64,000 bases of DNA from assembly GCA_024790105.1 (NCBI GenBank), contig GCA_024790105.1_3053.1. The stretch is one strand, 5' to 3'. This DNA comes from a phage. Made by a program: the position numbers and the translations under genes. The first letter of the stretch is position 1, and each line of letters starts with the position of its first letter. Below are positions 1-8,805 of the stretch, piece after piece. The notes under the pieces were generated by a model. It saw nothing but the letters and a program-made list of their open reading frames with translations. It was not told the DNA's origin and ran no database searches.

Positions 1-278
1 TCAGGAGCATTTTCCTGTGCATATAAAGTTGCTGCATTTGAAATAATATCCTGAGCTTCACCAGTAATGATTAATCCATCACCAGATTTCTCCACCAGGC
101 CTTTTTTAATCAATACCCCAATATTACTATTAACTACTGCATTACCTAAATCTGGATGCACCTCACGAACTTCTGCAGCTGTAATGAAATCTTTCTTAGC
201 AATAGTAATTAAAATTGCAGCGGTTTTTTCATTCAGAACATCGTTAGAAGCTTTGATGATGTAAGTTACTTTAGACAT
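1..278 (-). CDS. motA: MotA middle-transcription activator, N-terminal part (3' end lies beyond window start)
   Basis: ATG at 278-276; frame open to position 1; translation MSKVTYIIKASNDVLNEKTAAILITIAKKDF... recognised as MotA N-terminal domain; early promoter cassette immediately upstream. Confidence 0.75.
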   Translation of the reverse strand, partial: MSKVTYIIKASNDVLNEKTAAILITIAKKDFITAAEVREVHPDLGNAVVNSNIGVLIKKGLVEKSGDGLIITGEAQDIISNAATLYAQENAP

Positions 279-302
279 TTTCTAATCTCCGTAATTCTGT
301 AT

Positions 303-349
303 CAGTAGTTGATAGTTGTATAGTACCACAGTATGCTTTGGTTGTAAAC
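303..349 (-). promoter_or_regulatory. early sigma70-type promoter cassette (-35 GTTTAC, -10 TGGTACTAT, conserved leader) for motA
   Basis: minus-strand GTTTAC at 349-344, TGGTACTATACAACTATCAACTAC leader; member of repeated cassette family. Confidence 0.6.
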
Positions 350-360
350 CGTTTTGTGAA

Positions 361-400
361 AAAATTTTTGAAATAAAAAGGGAGAGCCGAGGCTCTCCCT
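361..400 (-). terminator. rho-independent terminator
   Basis: GGGAGAGCC/GGCTCTCCC hairpin 379-400 followed on minus strand by U-run (361-379). Confidence 0.6.
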
Positions 401-404
401 AAAA

Positions 405-554
405 TTACTGCATGACTGTGATAACTGTCATGATAACACGTTGAATTCCGAACGCAAGAAGACCTCCTGCTACGGCTGGAACGACACCTAAACCCGCCAG
501 TAAAATGCTACCGGATACTAATGCAGCGCTTGTAATACCTATGAATGGACTCAT
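405..554 (-). CDS. small hydrophobic protein (49 aa), below ORF-track cutoff
   Basis: ATG 554-552 overlaps gene 52 stop (ATGA); MSPFIGITSAALVSGSILLAGLGVVPAVAGGLLAFGIQRVIMTVITVMQ. Confidence 0.45.
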   Translation of the reverse strand: MSPFIGITSAALVSGSILLAGLGVVPAVAGGLLAFGIQRVIMTVITVMQ

Positions 555-1879
555 TTGATTTCCTCTAAATCTTTAGTGTATTCGGTAACTACATCAGTAG
601 TTTTCCAATATTCGTTTTCTTCTTTCTTAGCTTTAGCTTCTTCAGCAAGTTTCTTTGCTTCATCAGAAGTCATGTGAAAAATATTCATTCCAATTAGTTT
701 ATCAACATAAGAAGAATACATATCGATTTTCGAAAGTTCTTCGGTCAGTTCTTTACGAGTTTTACCCTGCACAACGATTTCACCTGAAATTACTTTCTTA
801 ATGAAATGCGCCTTGGCAAAGGCTAAACGAAAAGCGGACTCAGTTTCTTTAATTTTGTTATCAATTCGTTTTTGGACATAAGTTTTACGAACTTCAACAA
901 AGTCTTTAATTAAATCAACTACGTTATCGTAAACTTGTAGTTTTCCTTTCTCATTAATAACAGTAATATTCTGAGAACGACGCTCAATCAACCCGAAGTC
1001 TTTCATAATTTTCGCGTGGCGTTCTTCTTCATTATCGCTCAAAGAATATTCTTTACGGAATTTAACTTTAAAGCCAAAACCATGCTCACCACAAGCATCA
1101 TCCCATGTAATGAAGCCTTTATCTTCAAGTGGGTCTAAGATTTTACTCACATAAGTTTCACGATCATACTTATACGGAATCTCAGTGATATTCATTTGAG
1201 TTCGTGAAGTAAACTTATATGTTCCACGAATTTCATATTGGCCATCAATCTCAACGACTTCACCACGAAATTCTGGGAATTCTACCTTCGGTTTAGTTAC
1301 TTTCTTTCCTTGAAGAGCTTGTAGTACAGCTTTCTTGACAGAAGAAACACTATGAGGAAGAATGTAAGTTGCATAACCAGTTGCAATACCGGAGACACCA
1401 TTAAGAAGAACAGTAGGAATAATAGGCAAATAGAAAGCAGGCGGAATGTGTTCTTTATCTTGATGTACCGGAGCATATTCAGTATCTTTATATACGTTAT
1501 AGAAATTTTTACTTACACGAGCAAAAATATAACGACTTGCTGCTGCTTTTTGGACGGTACGAGAACCAAAGTTTCCTTGGCCATCTAACAAAGGAAAGTT
1601 ATTATTCCAAGTATTAGCCATCAAAGCACCTGCGTCTTGCGCAGAGATTTCACCATGATGATATCCAAGGTCCGCTACACCACCTGCAATAGAAGCGAGT
1701 TTGTGAAACTTATCTTTATTTCCTCGTGCCAAATCAAGAGCTCGAGCAATAACAAATCGTTGAACTGGCTTAAATCCATCAATCATATTTGGGATAGCAC
1801 GATTTTCAACCGTGTACATAGCATAAGCCAATGCTTCATTATCAATGATACTTTTTAAATCGCGATTATTCAGTTGCAT
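551..1879 (-). CDS. 52: DNA topoisomerase II medium subunit gp52 (GyrA/ParC-like)
   Basis: 442-aa ORF, ATG at 1879; catalytic-tyrosine topo II sequence; position between motA and ndd. Confidence 0.95.
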   Translation of the reverse strand: MQLNNRDLKSIIDNEALAYAMYTVENRAIPNMIDGFKPVQRFVIARALDLARGNKDKFHKLASIAGGVADLGYHHGEISAQDAGALMANTWNNNFPLLDGQGNFGSRTVQKAAASRYIFARVSKNFYNVYKDTEYAPVHQDKEHIPPAFYLPIIPTVLLNGVSGIATGYATYILPHSVSSVKKAVLQALQGKKVTKPKVEFPEFRGEVVEIDGQYEIRGTYKFTSRTQMNITEIPYKYDRETYVSKILDPLEDKGFITWDDACGEHGFGFKVKFRKEYSLSDNEEERHAKIMKDFGLIERRSQNITVINEKGKLQVYDNVVDLIKDFVEVRKTYVQKRIDNKIKETESAFRLAFAKAHFIKKVISGEIVVQGKTRKELTEELSKIDMYSSYVDKLIGMNIFHMTSDEAKKLAEEAKAKKEENEYWKTTDVVTEYTKDLEEIK

Positions 1880-1883
1880 AAAT

Positions 1884-2024
1884 TTACCATACTAGTGAAT
1901 GTAGTGCCATAATAACATCAGAAATGAAAAGCACGACTTGAATTAATCCGAACATTACTCCATAATATAGTGCTACTAATAAAGTAGCAAGGGCTAATGA
2001 ATAGCCCAAGATTTTCTTAATCAT
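1884..2024 (-). CDS. small membrane protein (46 aa)
   Basis: ATG 2024-2022 overlaps ac stop; hydrophobic MIKKILGYSLALATLLVALYYGVMFGLIQVVLFISDVIMALHSLVW. Confidence 0.4.
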   Translation of the reverse strand: MIKKILGYSLALATLLVALYYGVMFGLIQVVLFISDVIMALHSLVW

Positions 2025-2175
2025 TAGTAGATAACAACACAAATGTTAAATATGCACACATACCCTGGGCTAAAGCTTGTGAAAACACGCTGCTGGCATC
2101 AATACAGATAGTTAAAACACATGCTACTATCCAACAAATAAATGAAATAACTCCTAATAATTTTGCGATATTCAT
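2017..2175 (-). CDS. ac: small membrane protein, acridine-sensitivity (ac)-like (52 aa)
   Basis: ATG 2175-2173; MNIAKLLGVISFICWIVACVLTIC...; position between stp and gene 52 as in T4. Confidence 0.6.
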   Translation of the reverse strand: MNIAKLLGVISFICWIVACVLTICIDASSVFSQALAQGMCAYLTFVLLSTND

Positions 2176-2182
2176 ATTTTTC

Positions 2183-2263
2183 TCATTGGCGTCCGAAGAC
2201 GCCTTTAGTTTTAAGATTGTTACGATAGAACTGCATCACATGTTCGTTATGGAAATTACTCAT
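2183..2263 (-). CDS. stp: Stp peptide (26 aa)
   Basis: translation [26 protein letters not shown] recognised as T4 Stp; ATG overlaps ndd stop (TAATG). Confidence 0.85.
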
Positions 2264-2721
2264 TAATATGCCTGCAAAACGAATTTAAAGTTATCAGCCA
2301 GCATACGGTTCATTTCTTCAAGTGTTTGATACTCAGAATGATGATTACGAGTAAACGCTAAAGCTAACTGTCCTTTTCCAAATCCCGTCGTCAGAGGTTT
2401 CATCTTAGAAGCAGGCAGATAAAACACTGTGTATGGAACATTGTTATTTGCAATAGTACGTGCAAGCTGAGACCGACGTTGACGAATATGACTTAGAACT
2501 GCACTGAATCCTTGCTTAGAACGCTGATTACCTACATAAAATCGTGCTGACACACATGGATTACTAAATGGACGACCATCTAATTTACTTACTAAAAAGT
2601 AAAATCCAGGTTTAGATAAAATATCTTTATGCGGAGTTCCCAAAAACCATTCACCATTCTTGATTGTACCAATAACAGTAGCGCCTGCATTATTCAGATC
2701 AGTAACAGTCATATATTTCAT
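2263..2721 (-). CDS. ndd: Ndd nucleoid disruption protein
   Basis: 152-aa product from ATG at 2721 ([13 protein letters not shown]...) preceded by GAGG SD; ORF-track start is an upstream non-ATG. Confidence 0.85.
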
Positions 2722-2779
2722 ATTAATTTCCTCTAAATTATTTTCTACTCCAAGGCCGCATGAATACGCGGCCATTAAA

Positions 2780-2995
2780 TTAATCGTCGCAGTCGACGCT
2801 CAATTCCCAAAACTCTTCTACGGTATAAGTTTCAGTATCATTTTCAATACAGAAACGTTCATTACTATTGTTTGCTAAAGTAGCGTTAACTGTCATTTTT
2901 TCGCTAGTGCTCTTAAGAGGTGAAATACGAATTAACTGATCGCCGTTATCTAAACAAAAAATTTCACCAACTTTTACATCTTTAAAGATTTTCAT
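2780..2995 (-). CDS. hypothetical protein (71 aa)
   Basis: ATG 2995 with GAGGTG SD. Confidence 0.6.
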   Translation of the reverse strand: MKIFKDVKVGEIFCLDNGDQLIRISPLKSTSEKMTVNATLANNSNERFCIENDTETYTVEEFWELSVDCDD

Positions 2996-3003
2996 AATTC
3001 ACC

Positions 3004-3114
3004 TCAAGGAGTATAAAATCCGAATGCAGTTGTTGACCATCCCATCCAATATGGAAAATTTGCACCAATGTAAAACATAAGAATATAAAACCAACCGCTC
3101 AACAAATTCATCAT
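3004..3114 (-). CDS. tiny hydrophobic ORF (36 aa)
   Basis: ATGATG at 3114; overlaps stop of upstream gene; Trp-rich membrane-like peptide. Confidence 0.3.
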   Translation of the reverse strand: MMNLLSGWFYILMFYIGANFPYWMGWSTTAFGFYTP

Positions 3115-3308
3115 TTTACACCATTCCAAATTGTTTCAACCACAGATTTTAAACCATTTTGATGAATATCAATTCCGACTACTGTCATCAAATAAATTCC
3201 AACTACAACTGAACCTAAGGCAAAAATCAGCATAAAAATGAATAAAGCCGGAAAAATATTATCGAAAAACCATTCAATAAATGTAAAAGCACTGCGTTTA
3301 CGCTTCAT
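3111..3308 (-). CDS. small membrane protein (65 aa)
   Basis: ATG 3308 with GAGGAAAAT SD; hydrophobic; ORF-track start lies upstream. Confidence 0.55.
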   Translation of the reverse strand: MKRKRSAFTFIEWFFDNIFPALFIFMLIFALGSVVVGIYLMTVVGIDIHQNGLKSVVETIWNGVK

Positions 3309-3315
3309 ATTTTCC

Positions 3316-3429
3316 TCACATAAATCCAAAGTAAACGTTTAATACATCAATCATTAAAACGATTGGGAATATACTCAAAACTATTAGTATTATAACTACA
3401 TTCCATATAGCTTTAACAATCTTTTTCAT
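3316..3429 (-). CDS. small membrane protein (37 aa)
   Basis: ATG 3429 directly after promoter-leader GGAGGAACAGAAA; MKKIVKAIWNVVIILIVLSIFPIVLMIDVLNVYFGFM. Confidence 0.45.
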   Translation of the reverse strand: MKKIVKAIWNVVIILIVLSIFPIVLMIDVLNVYFGFM

Positions 3430-3440
3430 TTTCTGTTCCT

Positions 3441-3487
3441 CCGTAGTTGATAGTTGTATAGTACCACAGAGGAACAGTCTTGTAAAC
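3441..3487 (-). promoter_or_regulatory. early promoter cassette
   Basis: GTTTAC (3487-3482), TGGTACTATACAACTATCAACTACGGAGG leader supplies the SD. Confidence 0.6.
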
Positions 3488-3493
3488 AACTTT

Positions 3494-3592
3494 TTAAAAA
3501 TATTCGTAATAAATGTGAATACCAATCACCACTGCTGAAACCTGTGCAACCCACCACGCACAAGCAATAAGTACAGAATTCAAAATTTTCAT
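3494..3592 (-). CDS. tiny hydrophobic ORF (32 aa)
   Basis: ATG 3592 overlapping upstream stop (ATGA); MKILNSVLIACAWWVAQVSAVVIGIHIYYEYF. Confidence 0.3.
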   Translation of the reverse strand: MKILNSVLIACAWWVAQVSAVVIGIHIYYEYF

Positions 3593-3675
3593 AATAACCT
3601 CATCACAAAAGTAAATGTTAAACAAATTAATGGAATACTAATTAACCAAACGAAACACCACCATAATGAACTCAT
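3589..3675 (-). CDS. tiny hydrophobic ORF (28 aa)
   Basis: ATG 3675 overlaps upstream stop (ATGA); MSSLWWCFVWLISIPLICLTFTFVMRLL. Confidence 0.3.
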   Translation of the reverse strand: MSSLWWCFVWLISIPLICLTFTFVMRLL

Positions 3676-3935
3676 AGCTCAATCTCAGCGATTTTCATTT
3701 CATTACTATTAATAGCCGCTTTAAGACTATCTGAAAGAATTACATTCCAATGGTCATTCATATGACCATTAACTAAGCGTGTAATTTCTTCGGGAGTTGA
3801 AAAATAAGGCGTATCAGACTCCCAATGCGATAATCCTAAGCGAGTATAAATCATACCTTCATCATCGCTAGAATATTCAACTGACATAAACTCATCAGTT
3901 ATTTTATGTTTAGCGTAATAAAATTTAAATTTCAT
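3672..3935 (-). CDS. hypothetical protein (87 aa)
   Basis: ATG 3935 after GGAGGAGCGGAAA leader. Confidence 0.65.
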   Translation of the reverse strand: MKFKFYYAKHKITDEFMSVEYSSDDEGMIYTRLGLSHWESDTPYFSTPEEITRLVNGHMNDHWNVILSDSLKAAINSNEMKIAEIEL

Positions 3936-3945
3936 TTTCCGCTCC

Positions 3946-3993
3946 TCCGTAGTTGATAGTTGTATAGTACCACAGTCCTTGTGGTATGTAAAC
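3946..3993 (-). promoter_or_regulatory. early promoter cassette
   Basis: GTTTAC 3993-3988, conserved -10/leader block. Confidence 0.6.
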
Positions 3994-4010
3994 CGTTTTG
4001 TGAAAATTTT

Positions 4011-4568
4011 TTAAATGGAAAGATACCATCCGTTGTAGTTGCTTTTTCTTACAACCTTACGAAGGTCTTCTCTATCACCGATGAACTTCGGAGTGTACTG
4101 GATGACACCTGGGTGAATTTCTTTAGTGTTGAATATAATTATACAGTCAGCGACCTGATGATTCAGAATGGGCCCTAGATTTATTCCAGAACCGTATGGA
4201 TACTCTCCGCTACATCCTGTTGTTACAGAAATCCAACGTGAGTCAGTTTGATGTGTCTTAACTTCTACACGAAGCCCGCAGTATCTTGGATGCGCCAATA
4301 CATCCCATGCGTATGTATACGGGTCATTAACGTCCTCTTGGCCTTTGTTAACATACCCGCTTAGCCAATCTGCTACAAAAAACTCTGCGTACACCGCGAT
4401 ACGGCATCTTTCGATAACTTCTGCCTTATCCTGATTTGGATTTTGTTTTAAAGAGTATCTTGCTGTATCAGCAATTTTGACCTTCATTTCACTAGTCAAG
4501 TCACTGTTAGATAGGGTAAATGATGGAATCTGAAATAGTCTCTGCAAACCCGGATTTGTTTTCTGCAT
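4011..4568 (-). CDS. denB: endonuclease IV (DenB)
   Basis: 185-aa ORF, ATG 4568 with AAGGAAAG SD; length and position match T4 denB. Confidence 0.8.
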   Translation of the reverse strand: MQKTNPGLQRLFQIPSFTLSNSDLTSEMKVKIADTARYSLKQNPNQDKAEVIERCRIAVYAEFFVADWLSGYVNKGQEDVNDPYTYAWDVLAHPRYCGLRVEVKTHQTDSRWISVTTGCSGEYPYGSGINLGPILNHQVADCIIIFNTKEIHPGVIQYTPKFIGDREDLRKVVRKSNYNGWYLSI

Positions 4569-4626
4569 TTAAACTTTCCTTTATGTCGGAATCACTGATA
4601 TTCATATAATAAATCATAATTTCTCT

Positions 4627-4650
4627 TAAAACAAAAGGGCCGAAGCCCTT
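4627..4650 (-). terminator. C(UUCG)G hairpin terminator
   Basis: AAGGGC-cgaa-GCCCTT hairpin 4635-4650 plus U-rich tract on minus strand. Confidence 0.5.
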
Positions 4651-4653
4651 ATT

Positions 4654-4848
4654 TTATTTGAATTGTGCGATTCTTTTTTCTAAACACTCTGCGTAAGATT
4701 TCATTGAGATGAACTGTGAAAGCAGCAGTTCTTGCTCAACTGCACTAACCGTTAGAAACTTTGCGCTTTCTAAAAATTTGCTCAGTGCATTAATTTTGAG
4801 CATTAATTGATCGTATTCTTCTTTTACTCGTGCTTGATAACCTAACAT
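4654..4848 (-). CDS. hypothetical protein (64 aa)
   Basis: ATG 4848 with AAGGA SD. Confidence 0.6.
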   Translation of the reverse strand: MLGYQARVKEEYDQLMLKINALSKFLESAKFLTVSAVEQELLLSQFISMKSYAECLEKRIAQFK

Positions 4849-4876
4849 AATTTTCCTTAGTTAAGGGCCGAAGCCC

Positions 4877-5815
4877 TTATTTAAATTGTTCAGTAACGTC
4901 TTCAATTACTTCGTATTGGCAGGTACGCATTTTAGCGTCGTTGTAATCAATCGGAATTGATACTACATCACGAGGATGAACTTTAACTTTTACAACTCGG
5001 CTGGTTGAACCACCGAAGTGACGAATATAAGATTTAGAACACACATGCAGACCACGAGAACAAGTTTGTGTATCATCGTCATTTACACGAGTACGTGGCA
5101 TTTTAACTACTTTACCAGGACTGTTATCAAAGGTATTTGAGTGACAGTCAAAGTAATTGCTACGAACTACTTTCCAAGCATAGAAGTAACCATCTTCTGT
5201 AATTTCAATATCGTTTGCTACCAAGAAATCAAAAAGTCGAGATACCGCTTTCTGGCTTGGGTTTTCCAGCAGATTTTCCAAGAACGGAAAATAAAATTCA
5301 AAGTTTTCACCTTTTTCCATCGAATCGAGAATACGATCAACTAAACCAGACCGCAATTCAATATTTTGATAGAATAAGCTTCCACCTTCAATTCGAACAT
5401 CGCCGGAAATATATTTTTCAACAGCGCGACGAACGTTAATTTTTTGTGCCGCTTCTTCCAACTTATCTGCTACAAGCAGATTAAGAATTTCCTGGAAGTT
5501 TGAATGAGTATTAGGAGTTGCGTTATAAGTTACACCGTCAACAGTAATTGAAATGAATTTTTTAGATGCATTCCAAATAATGTCAGATTTAGCAACTGGA
5601 GCAATAACTGCATCGCTATTAACTTTAACTGTAATATCACCGCTAATAGTAACTTTAGAGCGTTTAGCTTCTTCAGAATTTTTCAAAACACGACGGATTG
5701 TGTCAACCGATACACCTTGCCAATCAGCCAATTCCTGTTGGGTGTAATTACCACTTGAATACAGCTTAACAATTTCAGCTTGTTCGTTTTTGGTCAGGCA
5801 TTTAATATTGTACAT
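4877..5815 (-). CDS. rIIB: rIIB membrane-associated protein
   Basis: 312-aa ORF, ATG 5815 with AAGGAAAATT SD; immediately downstream of rIIA. Confidence 0.95.
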   Translation of the reverse strand: MYNIKCLTKNEQAEIVKLYSSGNYTQQELADWQGVSVDTIRRVLKNSEEAKRSKVTISGDITVKVNSDAVIAPVAKSDIIWNASKKFISITVDGVTYNATPNTHSNFQEILNLLVADKLEEAAQKINVRRAVEKYISGDVRIEGGSLFYQNIELRSGLVDRILDSMEKGENFEFYFPFLENLLENPSQKAVSRLFDFLVANDIEITEDGYFYAWKVVRSNYFDCHSNTFDNSPGKVVKMPRTRVNDDDTQTCSRGLHVCSKSYIRHFGGSTSRVVKVKVHPRDVVSIPIDYNDAKMRTCQYEVIEDVTEQFK

Positions 5816-5826
5816 AATTTTCCTTA

Positions 5827-8004
5827 TTAGGCCGCAAGGGCCTTCATAGTTTTAGCGATTTGAGAAACTTCATCATCGCTTAAAGAGTTGCGATAACCGA
5901 TGAAGTCGGAAACAATACGGAATTTCTTGGTAAACTCAGCAACCATTTTATCACTGTTTTTTGAAGCATTATTTGATAATACATCAAAAAGATTAGTTAC
6001 TGTCCAGATGTCATGACCGATGGTATCTTTTCCACCGTTGAAATATACACCCTGTAATGAACTAACCATATTAGCGAGTCGTGTATATTCTTCAGAAACT
6101 TCATCTACACTGAAGTACTTCATCATAAAATCTAATTCAGGATACTTGATAATTTTATCAATATATCGTTTAGCTGAACTTGAATAACCTACATACTTAT
6201 CATAATCTACATCATCAAAAGCATCTACATATAAATCACGCAAAGCTTCAAAAATACATTGGCACTGACCGAGTTCTTTTACCTTTTTCTGTAAAAGCGG
6301 ACGAATAACATAAAATTCATTAATGCCAATAAGATTAGCCATACGAGTCAAAATACTCGTAGATGGATGACAAAGCGATGTAGTACCATCCATAGAGAAA
6401 ATATCAGAACGATGCATGTATGCTACATAACCAGTAATTTCATCTGCTTCTGACGTAAGTGTAAACAATTCCTCTTTTTCCCAGCGCCCGTCTTTAATTT
6501 CAAACTTAAATGCAGTAGCAGCTTTAGGACGAGGAGCTGTACTTTTTACTGCCTTTGGAATATAACTTTTAACTAAAGCTTCAATTTCTGACAAATAATG
6601 AATGTTAACTTCATCACTTTCAAACATTGTCATAATATCAGGGAGCAAATCAATCTGTGATTCTACTTCTGGATTGATAAACAGAAGACGCTCATTGTGA
6701 TGAATATTTAAGGTGTTATTAAATTCACTATCATCTAATGCATGTGCTAATCCACGGACAATATTAACACGATTTTTAATATTATCAATAACAATATTAA
6801 TTTTTGTCGTATTAATACCAAACAGACGATAACTTGATGCAACGGCTGAAGTTTCATGACTTTGCTTAATGCGTTTCAGTCGAGGGTCAAGATTTACTTC
6901 ATACACAACCCCTGCATTACATAACTTACTATCAGGTTCAAACATACTCTGCATCTTCTTATATGACAGATTTTTAGTCGTGAATTTGACTGAATTACTA
7001 ATCATATAATCTCGAGCAGAATACCCCATCTTCATCAATTCACGATATGTATGACGGGGAGATGTAGATTCTTTAAATCGTTTTACATCTTCATTAAATG
7101 CTTTCTCACTGAGTTCTTTAACTCGTTCAATAATATTTTTACGAGTACGATCATCTAGTGAAAGAGCCTCACGCGATGGAGCAATATCAAGTGAACCCAT
7201 TGGAAACTTAATGTAATTCACTTCATTGCGAATGCTCAACCAGTTACGATCTCTAATAACACCATCGATAGGATAAACAATACCGCCGTAGATAGCATAT
7301 AATCCACCACGATCTGGCCAGTATCTTTCTGGATTTACACCGTAATAATCATCAAAATCCGGAAAATAATCAATTTCACGGTCAAGACCATTAATAATAG
7401 CCAAATCTTTGAACGGTCGCATGATATAAGAAACTTCATAAGCAAAGTTTCTAAAGTCTTTTTCTTCAACTGGAACTACGATTTCAATACCAGTTTTATC
7501 ATCTGGACCCATTTCTTTTACGAATGTAGGTTTAATCTGCGGACCGTCACCATCCATGTAAGCTACATAACCACGAATTTCGCCTTTATGATATGAAGTA
7601 ATACTAAATGTATCAGTATAACTAAACGGAGATTTAGAACCTAAACCAAATCCGCCAATGAAATCGTTGGATTCAGCCTTAGATGAACTGAAGTATGAAT
7701 TATATAACCCAGGAGAATTATCATCACCCTGAATATCAAAATCGCTCATACCCGGACCAAAATCTCGACAAACAAATCGCGGATCTAATCGTCCTGGAAC
7801 TTGAATGATAAATTTTTCAGGATTTCCATTGAGAGCATGGGCGTCAATCATGTTGGTAATCAATTCACGAACTACTGCGCGAATCTTGTTTGTATACAAA
7901 TCAGATGACAGAATTTTAAATACTTTAGGAGATGCTGTGATGCTAAATGCTTTTGATTTAGAACCATTACCAAGAATTGTTTCTTTTTCAGTGGTGATAA
8001 TCAT
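5827..8004 (-). CDS. rIIA: rIIA protein
   Basis: 725-aa ORF, ATG 8004 with GAGGAAATT SD. Confidence 0.95.
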   Translation of the reverse strand: MIITTEKETILGNGSKSKAFSITASPKVFKILSSDLYTNKIRAVVRELITNMIDAHALNGNPEKFIIQVPGRLDPRFVCRDFGPGMSDFDIQGDDNSPGLYNSYFSSSKAESNDFIGGFGLGSKSPFSYTDTFSITSYHKGEIRGYVAYMDGDGPQIKPTFVKEMGPDDKTGIEIVVPVEEKDFRNFAYEVSYIMRPFKDLAIINGLDREIDYFPDFDDYYGVNPERYWPDRGGLYAIYGGIVYPIDGVIRDRNWLSIRNEVNYIKFPMGSLDIAPSREALSLDDRTRKNIIERVKELSEKAFNEDVKRFKESTSPRHTYRELMKMGYSARDYMISNSVKFTTKNLSYKKMQSMFEPDSKLCNAGVVYEVNLDPRLKRIKQSHETSAVASSYRLFGINTTKINIVIDNIKNRVNIVRGLAHALDDSEFNNTLNIHHNERLLFINPEVESQIDLLPDIMTMFESDEVNIHYLSEIEALVKSYIPKAVKSTAPRPKAATAFKFEIKDGRWEKEELFTLTSEADEITGYVAYMHRSDIFSMDGTTSLCHPSTSILTRMANLIGINEFYVIRPLLQKKVKELGQCQCIFEALRDLYVDAFDDVDYDKYVGYSSSAKRYIDKIIKYPELDFMMKYFSVDEVSEEYTRLANMVSSLQGVYFNGGKDTIGHDIWTVTNLFDVLSNNASKNSDKMVAEFTKKFRIVSDFIGYRNSLSDDEVSQIAKTMKALAA

Positions 8005-8014
8005 AATTTCCTCA

Positions 8015-8218
8015 TTAATTCATATTGCGTTTAATAACTTCAGCAACTTCTAGTAGTTCATCTTTAGTTGCGGTGTCGGATTGAATTTTATCTCTAATAT
8101 CCTTAAAGCGGTTTTTAAACTCTTCGGCTTCTCCCATATCGAAAAAGCGTTGAATGATTCTATATTCTCGGTGAACTGCTTTATCAAAAAGTTCTAAATT
8201 TACTTTATATGATTTCAT
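8015..8218 (-). CDS. hypothetical protein (67 aa), rIIA.1 position
   Basis: ATG 8218 with AAGGATATTGAA SD. Confidence 0.7.
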   Translation of the reverse strand: MKSYKVNLELFDKAVHREYRIIQRFFDMGEAEEFKNRFKDIRDKIQSDTATKDELLEVAEVIKRNMN

Positions 8219-8243
8219 TTCAATATCCTTATTTGCCCAATTA

Positions 8244-8273
8244 ATTATACCACATCCTTGTGGTAAAGTAAAC
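8244..8273 (-). promoter_or_regulatory. early promoter (GTTTAC, 15 nt, TGGTATAAT)
   Basis: minus strand GTTTAC 8273-8268 and extended -10 TGGTATAAT at 8252-8244, inside 3' end of gene 60. Confidence 0.55.
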
Positions 8274-8805
8274 TACTGGCTCATCCATTCTTTACGAAGG
8301 TCAGCATTATCTCCCATGAGCATTTCAAAAAGCTCTTTCCAGTTCTCAGGAAGTTTAACAACATCATATACTGGGTTTTGAATCATTTCTTTATATTCAT
8401 CCCGCTGAAGTGAGCCCAATCCCTTGATGTATCGAATACTATGTTTAGGTAGAGCATCTTTAGCACTCTCATATTCAGCGACTGTATAAAACCATTCTTG
8501 TTTTTTACCTACCTGAGCGATGATTACAGGAGTTTTGACGAAGCGAATTCTTCCTTGTTCAAACAGTTCTGGCCAATTACTAAAAAATCCGAGCAGAGAA
8601 GGATAAATAGAACCTAATCCAATAATCTCTTAATTATGAGGTATTTCTATAGATAGCCCGAAGGCTATCCATCGTGATCTGCGTCTGTCATAATAGCGAC
8701 ATTCGCATAGTTCATTGAAGAGGATTTAATAGAACGACGAACATTGTTCTGCAATTTATATTTTTTCATATCAACGCTAGAAGAATCAATTTTTACAAAT
8801 TTCAT
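8273..8805 (-). CDS. 60: topoisomerase II small subunit gp60; join(8273..8617,8668..8805) with 50-nt translational bypass
   Basis: codons 1-46 (MKFVKIDSSS...TDADHDG) end at take-off GGA 8670-8668 followed by UAG; decoding resumes at UUA 8617-8615 after landing GGA 8620-8618; downstream 345-nt segment has no start codon and encodes LGSIYPSLLGFFSNWPELFEQGRIRFVKTP... Confidence 0.9.
8618..8667 (-). other. 50-nt untranslated coding gap (ribosomal hop) inside gene 60
   Basis: sequence GGA UAG CCU UCG GGC UAU CUA UAG AAA UAC CUC AUA AUU AAG AGA UUA UUG GA read directly on minus strand; take-off hairpin with UUCG loop. Confidence 0.9.

Noticed and set aside
1352-1858. Plus-strand ORFs (78 and 73 aa) inside gene 52
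   Set aside because: They are antisense to a well-supported 442-aa gene, have no SD, and show low-complexity translations; treated as chance ORFs. The same applies to plus-strand ORFs inside rIIA, gene 39, gene 43 and other long genes.
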